Source: Acidobacteriota bacterium
Lineage (GTDB): Bacteria; Acidobacteriota; Thermoanaerobaculia; Multivoradales; UBA5704
Length of the DNA stretch: 64,000 nt
Reading direction: 5' to 3'
Assembly: GCA_040005235.1 (NCBI GenBank)
Contig: JBDTZG010000002.1
Location: 64,001 to 128,000, forward strand
Positions within the stretch are counted from its first letter, which is position 1; each line of letters begins with the position of its first letter. The position numbers and the translations under genes were made by a program. Positions 55,534 to 64,000 of this stretch are shown here, piece after piece. A model generated the notes under the pieces. It made no database searches, was not told the origin of the DNA, and was given only the letters and a program-made list of their open reading frames with translations.

Positions 55534-56163
55534 TCACTTCTTCGCCGGCAAAAGCTCCAGCGTCTTCTCGTCGAACGGGGGAGTGTCCTGGCCGGTGCGG
55601 ACGAAGAGAACTTTCTGCACCCCGCTCTTCGGGTGCGTTTCCCAGTATTGGATCGAGTCGTACACGTCGCCCCATTCGCCGCAGGGGGGGTCGGGGATTT
55701 CGCCCGGCACGTTCTTGGCCGCCTCTTCCTTGGCGTAGGCGGGGTTCGGTACGAAGGCGTAGCGGGCGACTCCGGCCGGCACTTTGTGCTCCCGGAAGGG
55801 GGCGAGAACGCATCTTTTGGCGAGCGCGGGTTCGGTGCGGGCCGCGTAAAGGCGACGCAGTCCGGCCTCGGGAGCCTCGCCGGGTAGCAGGTCAAACACC
55901 TCGACCACCCGATCGGGCGCGCCCGCGGGATCGGTGTAACGCACGGCAAGAGCGCCCGGCACCTTGAGGAAATCGATCTTGGTGTATCCGAGATCGCACC
56001 GCTCCACCCAGGCCGCCAACCCTAGGTCGGCGTCGGAGAAGCGCTCCCATTTGCACCCTTCCTGGGCGGGACGTGAGGGTTGGGTGACCGGCCGAGCAGG
56101 AAGGGCGAAAGCGGCCAGGGCGAGCGCTAGGGCTGCGGAACGTGTGAATCGAAGCATGGACAT
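55534..56163 (-). CDS. Secreted hypothetical protein
   Basis: Signal peptide, four Cys, host-like codon usage. Confidence 0.75.
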   Translation of the reverse strand: MSMLRFTRSAALALALAAFALPARPVTQPSRPAQEGCKWERFSDADLGLAAWVERCDLGYTKIDFLKVPGALAVRYTDPAGAPDRVVEVFDLLPGEAPEAGLRRLYAARTEPALAKRCVLAPFREHKVPAGVARYAFVPNPAYAKEEAAKNVPGEIPDPPCGEWGDVYDSIQYWETHPKSGVQKVLFVRTGQDTPPFDEKTLELLPAKK

Positions 56164-56263
56164 CCTTCCAGTGAGAAAACTTCAGACGGGAAGGAGCTTG
56201 CAGGAATCGATCCCGCGAAGCTAGCTCGGGCGCTTTTTGGACCGGAACCGATCGACCGTTTGC

Positions 56264-56767
56264 CTACGAAGCGTTCTCGGCTTCGGCCTTGATCACCGCG
56301 GGACGCCCCGGAGCCGCGACGGTCGGGAAGCGGAGCCGGCGGCGACGATCCACCAGGTCGACGAACGGGCCGGGCTGCTCGGGCGCTTGGCGCAGGATCG
56401 CGGCGAAAACCCGGATCAGCAATATCCCGCCGGGGACGTCCGGAGGGATCGAAGCGAGGCTCGCTACTCGCGGGGCGAGGGGCGGAATCTCGTCGGCCCT
56501 GTGCAGGTACAGCAGCGCGAGGCCCAGCTCCAGATAGGCATCGGCAGCGAACAGCAGGTCGCCCGTCGTCTCGAACGTGATCGCGGCGCGCTCGAACAGC
56601 GAGACGGCGCGGGAGTGATCACCCTCCTCGGAGGCGCGCTCGCCGCGGAGCATGAGCCCTTCGGCGAAGCGTCGCGAGAGTGGCTCCGCAGCCGAGTCAC
56701 CCGGCCGCGAACCGCTCGATGGCGAGGGACGACGGTTCCCGGCAAAGGGAAGCGGAGCATCGTCCAT
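56264..56767 (-). CDS. Hypothetical protein with TPR-like helices
   Basis: GDHSRAVSLFERAA..., AADAYLELGLALL; start uncertain. Confidence 0.55.
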   Translation of the reverse strand: MDDAPLPFAGNRRPSPSSGSRPGDSAAEPLSRRFAEGLMLRGERASEEGDHSRAVSLFERAAITFETTGDLLFAADAYLELGLALLYLHRADEIPPLAPRVASLASIPPDVPGGILLIRVFAAILRQAPEQPGPFVDLVDRRRRLRFPTVAAPGRPAVIKAEAENAS

Positions 56768-56946
56768 AAGAAGAGATGATAAATCACGCAACGCTCCGCG
56801 ATGTCGCAACCGGGCGAAAAGGGGTGCCTGAGGGGTCTTTTTAGCGAATTTTGTTGCCGCTGAAGCGGAACGAGGGTTCTCTGAAGGAACCTCGGGCTCG
56901 CCAGGCGTGCCACAGGGTGCCTTTGCGCAAATTTTTGCGCCCCGGT

Positions 56947-57420
56947 TCAACGCCCTCGCGCCGTCTTGATCGCTGCGGTGGCCTCCCGGTCCGCTTCCTT
57001 CTTTCGCTCGGTCTCGCGCTTGTCGTAGAGCTTCTTGCCCTGGGCGAGGACGACCTCCACCTTGATCCAATTTCCCTTCAGGTAGAACGAGAGCGGGATC
57101 ACGGTCAGCCCCTGGAGCTGCGTCCTGCCGTACAGCTTGTCCAGCTCGCGGCGCGAGAGCAGCAGCCGGCGGGGGCGCTCGGGAGGGTGATTTTCCCGGT
57201 TGCCGTGGCTGTAGGGGCTGATATGCGCGCCCACCAGGTACGCCTGGCCGTTCCGGAACTCGACGAAGCTGTCGCGCAGCTGGACCTTGCCCGCCCGCGC
57301 CGCTTTGACCTCCGTGCCGGTCAGCTCCAGGCCCGCCTCGAAGCTTTCGAGGATCTGATATTCGTGCGTTGCCCGCTTGTTCGAGGCGAGCGAACGGATC
57401 GCGTCCTTGGGGTTCGTCAT
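56947..57420 (-). CDS. smpB: SsrA-binding protein
   Basis: NKRATHEY, EAGLELTGTEVK, GKKLYDKRE. Confidence 0.97.
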   Translation of the reverse strand: MTNPKDAIRSLASNKRATHEYQILESFEAGLELTGTEVKAARAGKVQLRDSFVEFRNGQAYLVGAHISPYSHGNRENHPPERPRRLLLSRRELDKLYGRTQLQGLTVIPLSFYLKGNWIKVEVVLAQGKKLYDKRETERKKEADREATAAIKTARGR

Positions 57421-57470
57421 GGCCGGCGCAGTCTACCAGGGGGGCCGAGCCTGCTAGGATCTGCCGACCG

Positions 57471-58031
57471 ATGAGATCGAGATCGGCGCTTTGTTGCGCT
57501 CTCCTGTTCCTGCTTCCCGGGTTGCTCGGCTCGCTCGCCCGGGCCCAAGGCCAGATCCGGGTGTTGCGGGCAACCGTCGAAGGCGATCAGGTGCTCGTCT
57601 CGTTCCGCCTCGATGGGGGGATCGACCGCGGCCTGCTCGAACGGATCGACACCGGCCTCGCGACCAAGATCGTCTACGAGCTGGAGCTGGCCCGGGACCG
57701 CAAACGCTGGTACGACCAGGGGTTGGAACGCAACACGCTCGAAATCACCGCCATGTACGACGCGGTCGCGCGGGAGACCAACCTCCATTTCCGCCTCGGC
57801 GGCGAGCTGATCGAGAGCAAGACCGTGCGCGATCGGCCGGCCCTGCTCGACGCGCTGCGAAAGATCGAGCGGGTCCCCGTGTTCCGCACCCGAGAGCTCA
57901 CCCCCGGGGTTCGTTACCTGGTGCTCGCCCGGGCGATCCTCGGCTCGCGCATGGTGCTCGCGATCATCCCTACCGACGTGCGCACCGATTGGGCGGAATC
58001 GAACAAATTCCGGCCGCCGGCCGTCCCATAA
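57471..58031 (+). CDS. DUF4390-like exported protein
   Basis: Signal peptide; sits before an NtrY-like kinase, the usual context for this family. Confidence 0.7.
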   Translation: MRSRSALCCALLFLLPGLLGSLARAQGQIRVLRATVEGDQVLVSFRLDGGIDRGLLERIDTGLATKIVYELELARDRKRWYDQGLERNTLEITAMYDAVARETNLHFRLGGELIESKTVRDRPALLDALRKIERVPVFRTRELTPGVRYLVLARAILGSRMVLAIIPTDVRTDWAESNKFRPPAVP

Positions 58032-58043
58032 GGCGAACGCCCA

Positions 58044-60326
58044 TTGAGTCTGCGCGATCGGCTCTACGAGCAGGGCAAGAACACGCGGACGCTGTTGTTC
58101 GGCTTGGTCGGCCTGCTGTTCGTCTTCACCGCCATTTTCTATCTGCTGGAGCGCGACCGGGAGATGCCGGCCTACCTGGTGACCAACCGGGTGCTGCTGT
58201 TCGTCCTCTGGTACGTCAACGTCGTCCTGATCCTCGCGATTCTGTTCGTCCTGCTGCGCGATCTGTTCAAGCTATTCCTCGAACGGCGCCACCGCATCCT
58301 CGGATCGAAGCTCAAGACCAAGCTGGTCGCCACCTATATCGGCCTGTCGCTGTTTCCGGTGCTGACCCTGTTCGTGATCGCCACCGAGCTGCTCCAGGGC
58401 TCGATCGACCGTTGGTTCGCTACACCGGTCCGTCCGGTGCTCGAACAGGGCAATGCCGTCGCCCAGGCGTTGATCGACCGGATTCAAGGATCGTGCGCCT
58501 CGGCGGCCCGGCGCGCGCTGGTCGATCTCGGCACGGTCGATCTGTCGCGCGATGCGGAACGCGAACGGCTCGCCGAGCGGCTGCGCTCGATGCTCGCCGA
58601 GAACGACCTCGATTTCCTCGCGGTCTACGAAGGGACCGATTTCGTCCAGGGGGTGGTCGATTCCCGGTCCGGGATCTCCGACCTGCCCGAGCCGGGGCGC
58701 GATCTGCTCGGCGAGGCGGCGACCGAAGGGCGCGCGGTGCGCACCGTCGAGCCCCCCGGGGGGCGCGGCCGGCTAATCCTGGCGGCGGTCTCAGGTCTCC
58801 CCGCCGCCGATCCGGATGCGAGCGATTCCGGTACCGCCGGCGCCGCGACGAAACCGGATGCGGCGAAGAAAGATCCGCTCGCCCCCGATCCGGTCGAACC
58901 GAAGCCGCGCATCGTGGTCGCCGGCTCGCTGCTCGATCCGGTCCTCGCCGAGCGCACCGAGCGGCTGATCGAGGCGTTCCAGACCTACCGCCAACTTGAG
59001 GTGCAGAAGGAAGATCTGCGCGCGAGCCACCTGCTGATCTTCCTGATGGTGACGCTGCTGATCCTGCTCGCTTCGACCTGGACGGGGCTCTATCTCGCCC
59101 GGCGGGTGACGGTGCCGATCTTGGCGCTCGCCGAAGGGACGCGGCGGATCAGCGACGGCGACCTCGACCACCGGGTGGAGGTGCCGGCCGACGACGAGCT
59201 CGGCGTCCTGGTCGCCTCGTTCAACCGGATGACCGAAGAGCTACAGCGCAGCAACCGGGCGCTCCAAACCACCAATGAGCGGCTTGCCGAAGAGCGCGCC
59301 CTGGTCGCCGCGGTGCTCGAAAACGTCGCCGCCGGCATTGTCTCGATCGACGGGACGGGCCGGATTTTCACCTGCAACGGCGCGGCGCTCCAGATGCTCC
59401 ACCAGAGCGAGGACGAAGTCGTCGGGCGGACGGCCGCCGAGGCGTGGAGCGACCCCGAGCGGAGCAAGCTTGCGGCCCTGCTCGCGAGCCTTCCCGAGCC
59501 GCAAGCCGGCCGGGACCGTCGCTCCGCGCGCGAGGTGCAAATGGTGGTCGGCGGCGACTGGAAGACCTTCGACGTAAAGGTGACACCGATCCGCGACGCC
59601 GCCGGCTCGCGCGGCCGGGTGCTGGTGCTTGAAGACCTGACCGAGCTGATCCAGGCGCAGCAGTTGGCGGCGTGGAACGAGGCGGCGCGCCGGGTTGCGC
59701 ACGAGATCAAAAATCCGCTGACACCGATCCGTCTGGGGGCCGAGCGCCTGCTCGAAAAGCACCGGCGCGGCGACCCGCTCATCGGCCCGGCGATCGAAGA
59801 GGCGGCCGACATCATCGTCCGCGAGGTGGAAAACCTCCAGGGCATGGTCGACGAGTTTTCGCGCTACGCCCGGATGCCCCGGCCGCTACCGGCGCAGCTC
59901 GACCTCGCGAAATTGATCGACGAGACCTGCCATCTGTATCGGGACGTGAAAGTGGGCGTGCCGGTGGTGTGCGAGACCGTCGGTGAGCCTCTTCCCGCGG
60001 TCTGGCTGGATGGCGAACAGATCCGCCGCGCCCTGATCAACCTGATCGACAACGGCGTCGAGGCGACCGACCCGCCGGGTCAGGTGACCGTCTCGGTCGA
60101 AGTGACCGAGGGGCATCTGGAGATCCACGTCGCGGACACCGGCCGCGGCATCCCGGCGGCGGCCAAAGACAAACTGTTCCTGCCCTATTTCTCGACCAAA
60201 GGGAGAGGCACCGGCATGGGGCTCGCGATCGTCCACCGGATCGTCACCGACCACCACGGAACGCTCCGGGTCGAAGACAACCGGCCGACGGGAAGTGTGT
60301 TTACGATCGAGTTGCCGCTCGGGTGA
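58044..60326 (+). CDS. NtrY-like HAMP-PAS sensor histidine kinase
   Basis: AWNEAARRVAHEIKNPLTPI, NLIDNG, DTGRG, PYFSTK, GTGMGL. Confidence 0.93.
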   Translation: MSLRDRLYEQGKNTRTLLFGLVGLLFVFTAIFYLLERDREMPAYLVTNRVLLFVLWYVNVVLILAILFVLLRDLFKLFLERRHRILGSKLKTKLVATYIGLSLFPVLTLFVIATELLQGSIDRWFATPVRPVLEQGNAVAQALIDRIQGSCASAARRALVDLGTVDLSRDAERERLAERLRSMLAENDLDFLAVYEGTDFVQGVVDSRSGISDLPEPGRDLLGEAATEGRAVRTVEPPGGRGRLILAAVSGLPAADPDASDSGTAGAATKPDAAKKDPLAPDPVEPKPRIVVAGSLLDPVLAERTERLIEAFQTYRQLEVQKEDLRASHLLIFLMVTLLILLASTWTGLYLARRVTVPILALAEGTRRISDGDLDHRVEVPADDELGVLVASFNRMTEELQRSNRALQTTNERLAEERALVAAVLENVAAGIVSIDGTGRIFTCNGAALQMLHQSEDEVVGRTAAEAWSDPERSKLAALLASLPEPQAGRDRRSAREVQMVVGGDWKTFDVKVTPIRDAAGSRGRVLVLEDLTELIQAQQLAAWNEAARRVAHEIKNPLTPIRLGAERLLEKHRRGDPLIGPAIEEAADIIVREVENLQGMVDEFSRYARMPRPLPAQLDLAKLIDETCHLYRDVKVGVPVVCETVGEPLPAVWLDGEQIRRALINLIDNGVEATDPPGQVTVSVEVTEGHLEIHVADTGRGIPAAAKDKLFLPYFSTKGRGTGMGLAIVHRIVTDHHGTLRVEDNRPTGSVFTIELPLG

Positions 60327-60417
60327 GGGCGGGGACATCCTCCCTGCGGGCGGCTCCTCGTATCTCGCTTCGCTCAGACAGACTCGGAGCCGTCCTCGGA
60401 AAGATGTCCCCGTCCTC

Positions 60418-61869
60418 TTACGACGCGCCCCGGCCGAGCAGCACGACCGGAATCGTCTTCAACAGGATCTTCAAATCGAGCGAGGGCGACCAGGAGTCGA
60501 TGTATTCGAGGTCGAGCTCCATCCAGCGATCGAAATCGACGTTGTTCCGGCCGCTGATCTGCCACAGACAGGTGAGCCCCGGCTTCATCGACAGGCGCCG
60601 ACGCTGCCAGCGCTGGTAGCGGGCGACCTCGTCGGGGATCGGCGGACGCGGGCCGACCAGGCTCATGTCGCCGCGCAGCACGTTCCAGAGCTGGGGCAGT
60701 TCGTCGAGGCTGAATTTCCGCAGGAAGCGGCCGATCCAGGTGACGCGCGGGTCGCTCTTGAGCTTGAAGACCGGGCCGTTCATCTCGTTGAGATGCATCA
60801 GATCGCCCTGCTGCTCCTCGGCGCCGACCACCATGGTGCGGAACTTATAGAGCGTGAAGGCGCGGCCGTTCAAGCCGCAGCGGGTCTGGCGGAACAAGAC
60901 CGCACCCCCCGAGGTGAGCCTAATCAGCAACGCAACCCCTGCCGCGATCGGCATCGCGAGCACCAGAAGGGAAGAGGCGACCACGATGTCGAGCGCCCGC
61001 TTGGTCATCAATTGCAGCGGATTGGTCGGCGCGGTGGCGAACGAGACCAGCGGCATGCCGTCCAGGTCTTCCAGCTCGACCCGCGCCCGCGTGTGGGGGA
61101 ACAAATTCATCGCGAACCGGGTGCGGATCCCCTGCTCTTGCAGCGACAGGAACAGATCCTCCAGGCGGTCCAGCTCTTTGCGGTGAACCGCGAAGATCAC
61201 GTCGTCGATCACCTGGTTTTCGACGATTTCCGGGATGTCCTCGATCCGGCCGACGATCCGGTAGCGGCGCGGCCAATCGGCGGGCAGCGGCTCGTTCTCG
61301 ACGAAGCCGAGGATGCGATACCCCCAGAACCGGTGCTGGTCGAGCGAGTCGGCGATCTGGAGCGCGCTGTCGTTGGTGCCGACGATCAGCACGGTCCGGT
61401 AGTTGAAGCCGCGGCTCCGCACGTAGCGCGAGGTGAGCCGGACGGCGATCTTCTCGGACAGCAGGAACAGCAGGGAAAACACCGCGAACAGCAGCACCCA
61501 CGAGCGGCTGACCCGGTCGGAGCCGAGAATCTCCTCGTCGATCCGCAGGGCGTAGAGCGAGAGGGTGAAGATCACCGATCCCGAGATGCAGATGCGGATG
61601 ATCGCCCACGCCTCGTCGAGCAGCGGCACCGTGCGGTGCGACCGGTAGCGGCCGGAGGAGAGGAGAAGCACGCCCCAGATCAGCAGGGCGAGCGGCAGCA
61701 GCGGCAGATAGGCCGAAAGCGGGTAGAGCCGGCTGGGGAAGGCGTGGGGCGCGATGTCGGGCAGGAGCCAGCTGCGAAACAGAAAAGCGCAGATGAACGC
61801 CCCGGCGACCAGGCCCAGATCGACCAGGAAAATGCCGACCGCGAGGATTCGTGCGCGTTCTTTGAGCAT
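60418..61869 (-). CDS. Polyprenyl-phosphate sugar transferase (WcaJ/WbaP-like)
   Basis: KRALDI, YKFRTM, SLDELPQLWNVLRGDMSLVGPRP, KPGLT. Confidence 0.94.
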   Translation of the reverse strand: MLKERARILAVGIFLVDLGLVAGAFICAFLFRSWLLPDIAPHAFPSRLYPLSAYLPLLPLALLIWGVLLLSSGRYRSHRTVPLLDEAWAIIRICISGSVIFTLSLYALRIDEEILGSDRVSRSWVLLFAVFSLLFLLSEKIAVRLTSRYVRSRGFNYRTVLIVGTNDSALQIADSLDQHRFWGYRILGFVENEPLPADWPRRYRIVGRIEDIPEIVENQVIDDVIFAVHRKELDRLEDLFLSLQEQGIRTRFAMNLFPHTRARVELEDLDGMPLVSFATAPTNPLQLMTKRALDIVVASSLLVLAMPIAAGVALLIRLTSGGAVLFRQTRCGLNGRAFTLYKFRTMVVGAEEQQGDLMHLNEMNGPVFKLKSDPRVTWIGRFLRKFSLDELPQLWNVLRGDMSLVGPRPPIPDEVARYQRWQRRRLSMKPGLTCLWQISGRNNVDFDRWMELDLEYIDSWSPSLDLKILLKTIPVVLLGRGAS

Positions 61870-62012
61870 CTAGATTGGAGGGTCCCTTACCGACTCAGAA
61901 ACGAACCTTTGGGGATTTTAACGGATTGGGACGAGAAAGCGTCCAAATGGCGAAGAAGTGCCTTTCCTTTTTTTTAGATCCGATCGAGGTTTAGCCCTGC
62001 CAGTCCAAGATT

Positions 62013-63137
62013 TCACTCGAGCTTTTGACCCGCCAGCCTGGCGAATAGGGCGGCGTAGCGGTCGGCGACCGAATCCCAGGAGTACCGCTCGGCGGCCCGG
62101 GCGGCGGCCTGCTCGCGGAGCGCTGCGACCCCTTGCGGATGGGAGAGCGCCCACTCGATCTCGGCGGTCAACGTGAGCGGCCGATGGGCGTCGAACCGGC
62201 GCGCCGCCCCGTCCGCCACCTCGCGGTTCTCCGGCGTGTCGTGGAGCAGCACGCAGTTGCCGTAGCCCATCGCCTCGACCAGCGCCGGGTGGGTTCCGCC
62301 CACTTCCGTCGCGTGAATGTAGGCGAACGCATGGGCCAACAGCTCGCGGTATCCCTCGCCGTAGATCGGGCCGGGAAAGACGATCCGCGGGTCGGCATCG
62401 GTCGTGAAACTCGCGATGAAGCCCTGAGCGTAGGGCGCGCCGCCGACCATCACGAGCGGAAAATCGGTTCCTTGGTGGACTTGCGCGTAGGCCGCGGCCA
62501 CTCGATGCGGATTGTTCTCGGGCTCAAACCGGCTGACGTAGAGAAAATACCGCCGGGGCGAAAGACCCAGCCGCTTGAGTACGCCGGTCTCTAACGGCGG
62601 CCGGGGATCGACCCCGTAGGTGATCACGTCCGAGTCCGCCCCGTACCGGGCGAGATAGTGGGATCGGATGACCTCGGCGTCGGTGATCAACGCATCGGGC
62701 AAGAAACAGGCGAGCCGTTCCGACAGCGCATAGACCGCCCGCCCGAACGCGCCCCATTTCGCCCGCCGTTTCTCGATCCCGTCGACGTTCAGGGCGACCG
62801 GCGTTCCGGCGAGCAGCGGCAGAAACATCGCGTTCGCCGAGTTGACCATCAAGGCGGCATCGAACCCCTCGCGCCCGGCGTGCAGGCACGAGAGAAACGT
62901 ATGAACGGGCGTGTCCAAGTGCTTCGAGCGGATCGTCGGCAACACCACCAACCGCGCGCCGAGGTGTGATGCGAGGCCTTTCGGTATGTAATGAGACCGG
63001 CCATAGACCGTGACGTCGAACCCGCGCGCAATCAGCCGGGGCGCCAGCTCCTCCATCAAGGTCTCATAGCCGCCATAGCCCGCGGGAATGCCGCGGCTGC
63101 CGAGCAGGGCGACCCGGAGCGGCCTCGATCGCGTCAC
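62013..63137 (-). CDS. GT4 glycosyltransferase (DUF1972-type N-terminus)
   Basis: LGSRGIPAGYGGYET, SRFEPENN, GGTHPALVEAM. Confidence 0.92.
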   Translation of the reverse strand: MTRSRPLRVALLGSRGIPAGYGGYETLMEELAPRLIARGFDVTVYGRSHYIPKGLASHLGARLVVLPTIRSKHLDTPVHTFLSCLHAGREGFDAALMVNSANAMFLPLLAGTPVALNVDGIEKRRAKWGAFGRAVYALSERLACFLPDALITDAEVIRSHYLARYGADSDVITYGVDPRPPLETGVLKRLGLSPRRYFLYVSRFEPENNPHRVAAAYAQVHQGTDFPLVMVGGAPYAQGFIASFTTDADPRIVFPGPIYGEGYRELLAHAFAYIHATEVGGTHPALVEAMGYGNCVLLHDTPENREVADGAARRFDAHRPLTLTAEIEWALSHPQGVAALREQAAARAAERYSWDSVADRYAALFARLAGQKLE

Positions 63138-64000
63138 AGCGGGACTCCTTCGATGCCGAACCAGCGGTCGAGCGCGCGCGGAGGAATCGTCCGCCGCCCT
63201 TGGATCTCCCGCCGCCGCGCAAGGATTTCCCGCCGATGGCGCCAGAGCCACGAGTAGGCGGGAAGCGAGGTCCGCTCGCGCAGAATCGCATAGCCCAAAG
63301 CCAGCAGATCGCGGCCCAGCGTGGGGAGGGCCGTGCGCAGGAAGTTTCCGCCCGTCTGGTGGTAGAGCCGCAGCAGGTAGCGGTTCTTGAGCGAGTGGCG
63401 GTTCACCTGCGCAGGCATCGAGCTGCGCCGCTCCGGCAGGTTGAAACGCCGGTGGACGGCCACCGCGGCGGGATCGTAGAGAATCTCCCACCCCCGCTCG
63501 CGCAAACGAAAGCAAAGCTCCGCATCCTCCCGGAACGAATGGAACGCCGGATCGAAGACCTCGCCGTCGATCGAAACGTCATCGAGCGCCGCTCGCCGGA
63601 AAAGAGAAGCGGCGCCGGTCGCTCCGAACACCCGCTCGGCACGGGTGTACTGGCCGGAATCGACCTCGCCCGACCCCCGGTCCAGATGGCGCCAGGTCCG
63701 GGTGAGCCGCATGCCGCAGGCGTCGAGAATCGCTGGATGTTCGCCGGGGTCTCCGGCGCGCACCAAGCGGCCGGTCACCGCGCCGACTTGCAATTCCGGA
63801 TGCCTCGCGGCCCGTTCGAGCAGCCGGTCGAGATAGTCGGGGGAAGGGAGCGCATCCGCATTGAGCGTCAGCACCCAAGGCGCCGAGGTGCGCGAAAACG
63901 CCTCGTTCATCCCGCCCGCAAACCCAAGATTCTCCAACAGAGGAACGACCATCGCGTGGATCTCGGAAGGCAGAGAGCGAGCCAGCCGCTCGGCCTCCGC
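63134..64000 (-). CDS. GT2 glycosyltransferase (5' part outside the window)
   Basis: ENLGFAGGMN, LNADA, FREDAELCFR. Confidence 0.88.
   Translation of the reverse strand, partial: AEAERLARSLPSEIHAMVVPLLENLGFAGGMNEAFSRTSAPWVLTLNADALPSPDYLDRLLERAARHPELQVGAVTGRLVRAGDPGEHPAILDACGMRLTRTWRHLDRGSGEVDSGQYTRAERVFGATGAASLFRRAALDDVSIDGEVFDPAFHSFREDAELCFRLRERGWEILYDPAAVAVHRRFNLPERRSSMPAQVNRHSLKNRYLLRLYHQTGGNFLRTALPTLGRDLLALGYAILRERTSLPAYSWLWRHRREILARRREIQGRRTIPPRALDRWFGIEGVPL

Noticed and set aside
56770-56946. tmRNA (ssrA) next to smpB
   Set aside because: The gap is too short and has no tRNA-like GGGG...CCACCA ends or tag reading frame; only a small hairpin is present.

Overview
High-GC bacterial window. 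The gene style suggests an Acidobacteriota/Thermoanaerobaculia-like organism, which is an unverified inference. The core-like left arm carries a peptide ABC importer (no ATPase), queA, a glycosyltransferase pair, a FadI-like thiolase, a CoA-transferase, a SpoIIE phosphatase, a secreted serine protease and a complete F1Fo ATP synthase operon whose alpha subunit has a ~70-aa insertion. A short DprA + phosphoribosyltransferase pair is inserted in this arm. A ~30-kb accessory region follows atpC. It contains a 766-bp duplication of 3'-atpD/atpC around a TA-like cassette, an AT-richer five-gene island, a patchwork of intact and broken toxin-antitoxin genes and gene shards, a DsbA + 6-Cys peptide pair, a broken metallopeptidase + MBL-fold pair, Ku, Fic and an AAA-DUF4143 ATPase. 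The right arm holds smpB, a DUF4390-like gene, an NtrY-like kinase and polysaccharide genes. The most unexplained structure is a 14-unit, ~21-bp-period array of mini-palindromes (T[T/G]CCC-N6-GGGA[A/T]-N5) at 35803-36092, in the apparent 5' leader of a 138-aa helical, basic-tailed protein gene. I recognised no rRNA, tRNA, CRISPR array, integrase or transposase. All family calls come from motif recognition by eye; no database search was run.
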